The translations under genes were made by a program, and so were the position numbers. The notes under the pieces are model-generated. The model saw only the letters and a program-made list of their open reading frames with translations. It searched no databases and was not told where the DNA came from. This document shows, one piece after another, positions 1 through 6,545 of a stretch of 6,860 nt of DNA. The first letter of the stretch is position 1, and each line of letters starts with the position of its first letter. The stretch is from assembly GCA_013416795.1 (NCBI GenBank), contig RQSC01000905.1:1-6860 (forward strand), read 5' to 3'. Source of the DNA: Prasinococcaceae sp. CCMP 1430 (Eukaryota; Plantae; Prasinodermophyta).

Positions 1-55
1 TCTGCAACCTACTTGGTTTGTAGAGATTCTACTTCCGGTTAGTACAATCCAGAAA
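1..55. repeat. 55-nt terminal direct repeat, copy 1 (identical to 6806-6860)
   Basis: TCTGCAACCTACTTGG...GTACAATCCAGAAA is identical at both ends. 55 is a common de Bruijn k-mer size, so this is most likely an assembly circularisation overlap. Confidence 0.95.
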
Positions 56-691
56 CGGGTCAATTCTGACAAGTATTGCTCCAGATATGAGCAAGATACT
101 GTTCTACTACATTCTACTTGGATTCGGTGGTTCTTCAAGTGACGCGTGGCGTACGATGTCAAGTCACAGTGCGCGACAGGGTCTTAACCTCCGGCACTTC
201 TGTCGAGTCAGTACTATTGACTGGACGTGTATATTTCAGTGACTAGACTTGTGCGAATGTCTATTCGCAGTATGGATGTGACGTATTGATAGGACAGTAT
301 GGATAACAGACCTGGTATCTGTTGGTCCACAATTGTGGTCTGAACCAGCGTGGATGATCAGTCCTGTCAAGTGTTCAGATGGGACCGTTGCGTGAGAAGT
401 ACATAATGAACGGGGCTTTGCCACTTGGGCAACCCATTTCCCCGCACTCGAGGCTGCGTACCTTCAGCGTTGTCTCACGTGCCTTCCGTGTACTGTTTGT
501 GCTGGAATCCATAACCAGCACCGTAAAGCTATGATTTAATATAACTCAATCCTTGGCGTGATTTAAGCATTGTCAACCTGAACCACAGTTCAGGGGGTTT
601 TATTTCAACTCGAATTACAAGGGATTCGTCGTCTACGGCTGCGCAGAATTTTTGCGAGCTCTGTGAAGTTTTACGGTATTCACCATTTTTT

Positions 692-1240
692 ATGGGAAAT
701 ACGCGTGAATTTCGGGAACCATCTCCAGAACGCGCTGCGTCTACGTCAAGGTTTAATTTCAGCGAGCGTCGTACTGTGTCCGTCAATCGGCTGCACGCGG
801 CAGTTCATCGTCCAAGTCTTTCGGAAGCCCTGGTGAGCAGGCCGCCTGTGTCTAACGACCTTGCGCAATACATCGACGATCTGTCGAGCGATTTGGAAAT
901 TCTTTCTGAAAACTCGCACATCTTCGAACGTCTTCAGGCTGCGGATCAAGCTCAAGTTATCTCTGCCATTCGAGCTTACGGTCTTGGAGCGCTGGCATTG
1001 GCGACGGCGTGGGCTGGCGTGTCTTCCGAAGTCCCAGCGGTGGATCGTGCGTTGCGCGGCAACGAGTGGGCTGCGACTATCGAAGGCGTCGTGAACGCAG
1101 CATCAGCGTCTGTTGGCATCAACCATCTGGAAGAGCAGTCGACTGAATTTTCCGACTTGCCTGGTTTGATCCCCGACATTGTTGGCGCAGTTATCAACAA
1201 CGTTATTCGTCGTGCGCCAGCAAACCGTAATCTGGATTAA
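692..1240 (+). CDS. Orphan 182-aa ORF upstream of gag (accessory protein of unknown function)
   Basis: Longest ORF outside gag/pol, on the same strand, ATG to TAA. Predicted helical core, a hydrophobic segment (VISAIRAYGLGALALATAWAGVS) and an amphipathic C-terminal helix (LPGLIPDIVGAVINNVIRR). No family recognised. Confidence 0.6.
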   Translation: MGNTREFREPSPERAASTSRFNFSERRTVSVNRLHAAVHRPSLSEALVSRPPVSNDLAQYIDDLSSDLEILSENSHIFERLQAADQAQVISAIRAYGLGALALATAWAGVSSEVPAVDRALRGNEWAATIEGVVNAASASVGINHLEEQSTEFSDLPGLIPDIVGAVINNVIRRAPANRNLD

Positions 1241-1386
1241 TTCGTCGCGGGTTTGTTTAAAGGTTTTCTTCTGTGAAGCTGGAGTGAAATTTTCTGCATC
1301 GGCATCGAGTTAAGGGTCGTCATCGAGCATCAAGTTTAAGCTGTGAAGCAGCGTCATCAGCGACATCGGCATCGTCGGCAGCGACA

Positions 1387-2475
1387 ATGAGCGGCAGCAG
1401 CGGCATTATTCCGCCCCTTCCTCCCAATTCTCCTCCCCCTCTTCCTATTCCTCTTCCTCCTGCAGCGGCTCCTGTCAGGATGCCTAGGGCACAGGATGGG
1501 TTCGCCATCCTCAATCAGCTGCCCAGCCTGAAGGACCACTGGACAGTGAAGGATAAGGAGCAAGCTATGCGACATTTGCGTGGCTTTAGGGCATTGTACG
1601 AGGGTGCTAATCCTCATCAAGTGCTGACCATGTCAACTTATCTTCTGAAGAGCCCCAAGAGGGTGCAGAAGTTTGTTGTAGCCAGCTTTGATAGGGGTGA
1701 TAGCTGGGATGCCTTCATGGCAGCATTCGACCAGTTCCTCGACGACAAGAGGGCCAGCGATGGGTCTTATTGGAAGAATGAATACGCGGCATTTAAGCCT
1801 GAGGGGTTAGTGCTGCAGGCCTTCGAAGAGTTCCAGGAGCTCAGGGCTAATTGTGCAGCAAAGGGGTATGTCCTGGCTGATGAAATTGCCATGGATGATT
1901 TCCTGGCAAGCCTCAAGCTGGATGAGGCAGCCATGGATAACCTGCAGGTGCACATGCGTAGTGTGACCACTTGGGCTGCAATGGAAGCCAAGGTCAAGGA
2001 TTATTTCAGGGGCAAGTTTGTGGGAGGGAAGAAGGTGGCAGACAAGGAAAGGCAGAAGCAGAGGGAGCTTGACAAGGGTGACAAGGGCAAGGATGTGGAT
2101 GACAACACTGCTGGGGGGTCTGTGCCCAAGGTCAAGGGCAACCAAGGTGGGCCTTCCCACCGTGGCTCTGCGCCAAGGCCTGGCCCGCCCAGGCAGGGGA
2201 ACTTCAGTGGCAACAAGCGTGGCAGGTGGGCTAACAGCTACAACAACAACCAGCAGCCTCCTGCACAGCGCCAGAGGTTTGATTTCAACAGGGTGGGTGC
2301 CAACCAGGGAGGTGGGCCCATTCCAGCTCAGCGGGGTACGGTGATGCAACAACCACCTACCAATCCAGTTATCAGGTGCTTTAATTGCCAGAGGCTGGGG
2401 CACATCCGTGCCAACTGTCCTGCACTGCGTGGGCAGGGACAGGGGAACAGGGGTGGCCCTTCTAGGCCAACCTGA
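1387..2475 (+). CDS. gag: Gag (capsid-like helical region plus nucleocapsid zinc knuckle)
   Basis: CX2CX4HX4C knuckle CFNCQRLGHIRANC (2377-2418), Pro-rich N-terminus, G/R/N/Q-rich basic region before the knuckle, and position directly upstream of pol. Alternative start ATG at 1480. Confidence 0.9.
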   Translation: MSGSSGIIPPLPPNSPPPLPIPLPPAAAPVRMPRAQDGFAILNQLPSLKDHWTVKDKEQAMRHLRGFRALYEGANPHQVLTMSTYLLKSPKRVQKFVVASFDRGDSWDAFMAAFDQFLDDKRASDGSYWKNEYAAFKPEGLVLQAFEEFQELRANCAAKGYVLADEIAMDDFLASLKLDEAAMDNLQVHMRSVTTWAAMEAKVKDYFRGKFVGGKKVADKERQKQRELDKGDKGKDVDDNTAGGSVPKVKGNQGGPSHRGSAPRPGPPRQGNFSGNKRGRWANSYNNNQQPPAQRQRFDFNRVGANQGGGPIPAQRGTVMQQPPTNPVIRCFNCQRLGHIRANCPALRGQGQGNRGGPSRPT

Positions 2476-2558
2476 CGTATTATGTACTCCCAGGCCTGGC
2501 CAGGGCTTAGGGAGGGGAGTCCCCCCATTCTTGAGCACAATGGGGAAGCTAGGTGGCC
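2473..2558 (+). promoter_or_regulatory. Candidate UGA readthrough signal: UGA-C followed by GC-rich stem-loops
   Basis: gag TGA (2473-2475) CGT ATT ATG is in frame with pol. Hairpin CTCCC-AGGCCT/GGGCTT-A-GGGAG (2487-2514) and hairpin CCCCATT/AATGGGG (2523-2545) follow. Confidence 0.55.
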
Positions 2559-5500
2559 TTCCACGGTCACTCAGGTGAAAGCAGTCATCACTAGGCAACG
2601 TCATTCCCACCTGGCTCATGGAGGTGATCCATTGGAGCGTGGAAGTCCTCATCTCTCAGAGGTGCAGGAAGCTCCATTTATGGAGGAGGGTGTTGAGGCA
2701 ACCCTTAATGATGCAATGGTTAATCTGTCTGTTTATAATAAAGAATCAGTATTGTCCTACATTGCAATGAGGTTGCATTTAATGTTTGGACATGCAGCCC
2801 AGGCACTCCAATTTGCACGGAGGCTGGGTGGGATTGCTTTATTTAATGCAGTGCACAAGGTTGCTGAGTCTTGTTCTTGTAGGTTGGTGGCAGCCAAGCC
2901 TAAGAAGTCTCATGCTAGAGAACCTGTGTTGCAGCCTGGGTATGTACAGTGTGACATCCAGGAGATCAGGGGCCTATTATTGTTCGTTGGTGTTGACAGA
3001 TACACCAAGTACAAGGTTCTTGAGATTTTGCAGGATAAGACCAAGCCATGTTTGGTGGCAGGGCTCCAGGCAATCAGATCCAGAATGAAACCAGTGATCC
3101 AGATCCAGTGTGACTTAGAGTTTGAGTGCTGCATAGGTCATGCTGACCTTCCAGAGTTATTTGTTGTACACAGAGAGTCACATGGCAGGCAGGGCCTGGT
3201 GGAGAGAACAATCAGAGAGATCAAGACAATCATGCTCCTGGAGAAGGGGATTCCCAGGCAGCAGCCAGCTATTGTGAAGACAGCCTGGCTGAGGTCAGTT
3301 GAAGACAGGTTGAATATTAGGGCTCCCATGTTTGTTGGTGAGACGCCTGTTACACCATTGTCATTGCATCTAAGGGAGCTCCCTGTTGAGGTTGAGCAAG
3401 CCTGGAAGGATAGTCTTATGTTCAAGTTTGCCAAGTTGAGGCGCAAGGACAAAGGCTGGAGTGTTCTGAAACCTGACGTTGGCCAACATGTGATTGTGTG
3501 GAAGGAACCTAAGCTTGCTGGAAAGCGAGGTAGCTGGCATCCTGGAGTAGTGACCAGGGTGGAGTCAGCAGGGCACAAATGCTGGGTGAGGATGGATGGC
3601 CCTCTCCAGTCAGTGCATCGTCTGTCGTGGTCATATGTACGTCCAGGGGTTGTTGAGAAGGAGGCAGCTTCCCCGGTGTTGACAGCTTTGCCAGCTGGTC
3701 GTGACGTCATCCCTGATCACCCCACTACTGTGAGTGACCCCCTAGACAGTTCTGGCCAGACTAGTCCTGGGGTAGTCAGCTCTGCAGATATTCAGGACAA
3801 GACAGACAGGATTCCCCCCAGTTCTTTCACTAAACGTGGGGGTGTGAACCTGAGAGATGTGGTGCTGGCCATGCAAAAAGCCAAGCAAGGCCCTCGGGTG
3901 TCCAAGCTCAGCCAGTTGGAGGAGTCCGAGGAGGCTGTCCTAGAAGTAGATACCAATGCAGAGGTCTCCATCATGGGGTCTCAGCATACAGGGCTTCGGC
4001 AGATCTTTAGGTCTAGTTGCCCCTGGGTGTCTGACTTTAGTGGCAGAACACACATGATGGTGTTGGGAGAAACAGTGGTCCCTTTTATGGGTGAGGATGT
4101 CACTTTTTTGGTGCTTGAAGACTATAATGGCCCAGTCATTTTGGGTCAGAATTTTCTCAATTCACCGGGTATAACTGTGACAGCCACTGAGCTACAGAAG
4201 CATCATTGGGGATATATTCCTTTGGTTAACTTCAAAGCCTTCCTTCCCAGTGTATTTGGAACAGGCAGGACAATAAAAGCGGTCAAGGATGTGCAGTGGC
4301 CTGAGGATCAGATTCCTGTGGCATCCAGTTTGGTTCTGCCAGCAGCTCTACACCCCAGTAGCATTGGTATTACCAAGAAGTCACTGGCTGCACATTCCCC
4401 TCTCACTTATGACCAGCTAGTCCAAGAGATGAGTTCTCCTCTGTTATTTGAGGCCTGGAGGCTAGCATTTGCCAAGGCTCTCGAGGAGTGGTTACAATTT
4501 GATTGCTGTAAACCAATTGACAAGGTTCCAGATTCCAGTTCAAGGCTCAAGCTTCGCTTCGTCATCAAGAGAAAGGAGGTAGATGGAGTGTCCATCCCTC
4601 ATGTGCGACCAGTTCTTAATGAGTACCGTGGTACAGGAGATCTTTTGGGAGAAGAATTGTACACACCTGGGATGCTGCATGACACATGGCGTATTTTGCT
4701 GTGCTTGTATGTAGGCATGCTCAACAAAGGTGATGATGTTTCCTCAGTTTTGCTGGATTTCAAGAGAGCATTTCTGAAGGGTGATCCCAGTGTAGCTAAG
4801 AAAGTGTGGCATTCTGAGACTCCATTCTATGTTCCAGTGCCTGTGGCATGGAAGAATGAGCTCCAATCCAACTTCTTGCTGATTCTTAAGGGTCTTGAAG
4901 GTCTCAGGTCCAGTCCCATCATTTGGAGGCTCACCTTGGAAGACTTCTTGACTAAACACTGTGGACTTCAGGTGTCATCAGTAGACCCATGTTTATTGCT
5001 GGGTAGATGGCAGACCTTACCTGTGTATGCTAGTCTGCATGGTGATGACTTGCACTTGCTTGCACCCACTGAGTGGCTGAAGCAATATGTGCCCATCATT
5101 AATGATGCATTTCCTTTGGGAAAAGAATTGTGGCAGAAGCCTGGTGAGGCAGTCACATTCTGTGGAATGCAGGCTACATTGATTGTGAATCATCAGAGAG
5201 AGTGGCTGATTAAGCTGCAGGCAGGCAATGACTACAAGAGTTCCATTCTTCAATCTGTTCCAGAGGTGCTGACGTCATCCATTGCTCCTGAGCTGAAAGG
5301 CAAGTTGGCCTGGTATGGCAGTATTTGTGGACCTGATATGATGGTTCATAGCAGAATTCCTGATGATGTTCTTATTCTTGAGAAGCCTTCTCAGATTATT
5401 GAACATGTGGACAAGTCTCCTGGCATTATGTTGGCTGGGATTGATTTTGCTTTGCCATTTTCCTTGGATATCTATGTTGATAGTTCCATGGACAGCAGGC

Positions 5501-5940
5501 AAGTGTCCAAGGTCAGAGGCAGATCAGCTGGCTTGTTTGTGCTGCAGCAACGTAAGGCCAGTCTTGTGGCCTGGTACAGTCGTCTTCAGAGGAGAGTTGC
5601 TGTGAGCTCAGATGTTTCTGAGTGCAGGGCCATTTGTGAAGGGATTCAATCCAGTTTGTATATCAAGGAGCTGTTGCTAGCTATGGCTTCAGTGACTCCT
5701 TATACCCTGCAACTGGACACATTGATTCTTTCAGACAATATGGGTATGGTCCAGTTTGTTCACAAGCAGTTGGCCAGAAGCAGAGATCTTGATTACCTCC
5801 TGTTGAAGGAGTTGTGTGGGCTTGTTGATGTTAAACATGTCCCTGGTTCTGAAAATCCTGCTGATGCTTTAACCAAGTTACCTCACAAGGCTCCAGAACA
5901 ATACAAGCTCTTGTATAAACTGATGAACCCAACTGTGTGA
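2482..5940 (+). CDS. pol: Pol polyprotein, domain order integrase - aspartic protease - reverse transcriptase - RNase H
   Basis: 1152-aa uninterrupted ORF with HHCC/DDE, DTNA...ILGQNFL, DFKRAFL...HGDD and copia-type RNase H motifs. In frame with gag, so it may be expressed as a Gag-Pol readthrough product. Confidence 0.92.
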   Translation: MYSQAWPGLREGSPPILEHNGEARWPSTVTQVKAVITRQRHSHLAHGGDPLERGSPHLSEVQEAPFMEEGVEATLNDAMVNLSVYNKESVLSYIAMRLHLMFGHAAQALQFARRLGGIALFNAVHKVAESCSCRLVAAKPKKSHAREPVLQPGYVQCDIQEIRGLLLFVGVDRYTKYKVLEILQDKTKPCLVAGLQAIRSRMKPVIQIQCDLEFECCIGHADLPELFVVHRESHGRQGLVERTIREIKTIMLLEKGIPRQQPAIVKTAWLRSVEDRLNIRAPMFVGETPVTPLSLHLRELPVEVEQAWKDSLMFKFAKLRRKDKGWSVLKPDVGQHVIVWKEPKLAGKRGSWHPGVVTRVESAGHKCWVRMDGPLQSVHRLSWSYVRPGVVEKEAASPVLTALPAGRDVIPDHPTTVSDPLDSSGQTSPGVVSSADIQDKTDRIPPSSFTKRGGVNLRDVVLAMQKAKQGPRVSKLSQLEESEEAVLEVDTNAEVSIMGSQHTGLRQIFRSSCPWVSDFSGRTHMMVLGETVVPFMGEDVTFLVLEDYNGPVILGQNFLNSPGITVTATELQKHHWGYIPLVNFKAFLPSVFGTGRTIKAVKDVQWPEDQIPVASSLVLPAALHPSSIGITKKSLAAHSPLTYDQLVQEMSSPLLFEAWRLAFAKALEEWLQFDCCKPIDKVPDSSSRLKLRFVIKRKEVDGVSIPHVRPVLNEYRGTGDLLGEELYTPGMLHDTWRILLCLYVGMLNKGDDVSSVLLDFKRAFLKGDPSVAKKVWHSETPFYVPVPVAWKNELQSNFLLILKGLEGLRSSPIIWRLTLEDFLTKHCGLQVSSVDPCLLLGRWQTLPVYASLHGDDLHLLAPTEWLKQYVPIINDAFPLGKELWQKPGEAVTFCGMQATLIVNHQREWLIKLQAGNDYKSSILQSVPEVLTSSIAPELKGKLAWYGSICGPDMMVHSRIPDDVLILEKPSQIIEHVDKSPGIMLAGIDFALPFSLDIYVDSSMDSRQVSKVRGRSAGLFVLQQRKASLVAWYSRLQRRVAVSSDVSECRAICEGIQSSLYIKELLLAMASVTPYTLQLDTLILSDNMGMVQFVHKQLARSRDLDYLLLKELCGLVDVKHVPGSENPADALTKLPHKAPEQYKLLYKLMNPTV
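2776..3650 (+). other. Integrase domain (Zn-binding HHCC-like, DDE core, SH3-like C-terminal module)
   Basis: H(2776)-X4-H(2791)-X26-C(2872)-X-C(2878). Core motifs VQCD (D at 2953), VDRYTKY, IQCDLEF (D at 3112) and QGLVERTIREIK (E at 3202). C-terminal VGQHVIVWK...K...SWHPGVV. Confidence 0.85.
3930..4220 (+). other. Retropepsin-like aspartic protease domain (variant DTNA active-site motif)
   Basis: VLEVDTNAEVSIMG (D at 3949), flap-like VSDFSGRT, then VTFLVL...PVILGQNFL (4138-4158), the hydrophobic-hydrophobic-G-x-D/N-F-L motif of retropepsins at the expected spacing. Confidence 0.75.
4450..5330 (+). other. Ty1/copia-type reverse transcriptase domain
   Basis: WRLAFAKALEEW (cf. WxxAMxxE), LRFVIKRK (KWVFKxK), LDFKRAFLKG (D at 4756; cf. 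MDVKTAFLNG), LKGLEGLRSSPIIW (LKKSLYGLKQAPRxW), SSVDPCLL, LHGDDL (5038-5049; YVDD equivalent) and FCGMQ (FLGI). Confidence 0.9.
5465..5890 (+). other. Ty1/copia-type RNase H domain
   Basis: IYVDSS (D at 5479), VAWYSRLQRRVAVSSDVSECRAI (E at 5620; cf. ISWxSKKQxxVAxSSTEAEY), ILSDN (D at 5734) and VKHVPGSENPADALTK (D at 5863). All four acidic residues are present. Confidence 0.92.
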
Positions 5941-6068
5941 GTTGAGGTGTCCAGGATGAGCTGTATTGCTTGTGAGAAGGGCTAAACATTGAGCTGGGAG
6001 CTCTGTTATGCTATGGTCCAGTCTGAGAGCAGTAATGCTCTGTGTATATATGTGTACATACTGTATTT

Positions 6069-6177
6069 TATGTGATGCTCAGTCATAGGGGCATGTGATT
6101 GAGGGTTGTATCCTCGAGGAGGTTTGTCTCAATCACGGGATTTTAAGGGGTGGGGTTCGATTCCCTGGGGCTGCATA
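6069..6177 (+). ncRNA. tRNA-like structure (not a canonical tRNA gene)
   Basis: D-arm-like GCTC-AGTCATAG-GGGC (6077-6092), anticodon-like stem TGTGA/TCACG (6094-6098/6133-6137), and T-arm TGGGG-TTCGATT-CCCTG (6151-6167) containing a consensus B-box GGTTCGATTCC. The acceptor stem is imperfect. Confidence 0.45.
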
Positions 6178-6545
6178 CTGTACACATATGCATTATATGT
6201 GTATGGGCGGACTTTCCTAGACTGGCTGACCCATCTAATCAACCTTGGTTATGGTGGCGACAGGTCTCCCTAATTTTATCCCATGCAAGGATGTGAGTTT
6301 GTAATGTGCTTAATATTTTGTGATGTGAAAATATCTCAGGTTTGGTGGGCGCCTATTAAGTTAGCAGTGTCTACCTGAAAAGGTGAGTGGGTCGCTTGTG
6401 GGGTTCCAACCTGAATTTATTCTGGTTAGCCACAAGGGGCTGCAATGCTGCAACACTCTACTTTCTGCAAGTGGATCTTTTTCTACAAGTGGATAGGGGA
6501 TTCATTGTAATTCGTCATTCCTGAGACGTGTTGTGCTTTGATACA

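Noticed and set aside
1-55. 55-nt terminal repeat as the biological LTR
   Set aside because: It lacks TG...CA ends, is too short, sits exactly at the contig ends and equals a common assembler k-mer length.
236-786. Short minus-strand ORFs (62 and 85 aa) in the leader
   Set aside because: Short, no motifs, and of a length expected by chance.
2473-2475. Genetic code with UGA reassigned to a sense codon
   Set aside because: No other in-frame TGA occurs in about 1500 gag-pol codons although TGG Trp codons are frequent, and pol ends at TGA right after the RNase H C-terminal motif.
1807-2652. 281-aa antisense ORF over gag
   Set aside because: No recognisable motifs. It is explained by the GC-rich, biased codon usage of gag on the opposite strand.
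3138-3710. 190-aa antisense ORF and other short ORFs nested in pol
   Set aside because: Shadow ORFs of the pol frame with no domain signatures.
6020-6045. Hammerhead ribozyme core near CTGAGAG (and CTGAAGG on the minus strand of the 34-nt repeats)
   Set aside because: Neither matches CUGANGA, and no correctly placed GAAA with stems I-III was found by eye.
6069-6177. Functional tRNA-Leu(GAG) gene or UGA-suppressor tRNA
   Set aside because: Acceptor stem is imperfect, D-loop GG is missing and the variable arm is unpaired. The TCA at 6129-6131 is not in an anticodon loop with U33. Retained only as tRNA-like.
6247-6254. GGTTATGG as a Drosophila copia-type half-tRNA-iMet PBS
   Set aside because: Only 8 nt match GGTTATGGGCCCAG, it is not directly preceded by a CA LTR end, and it is far from the first ORF.
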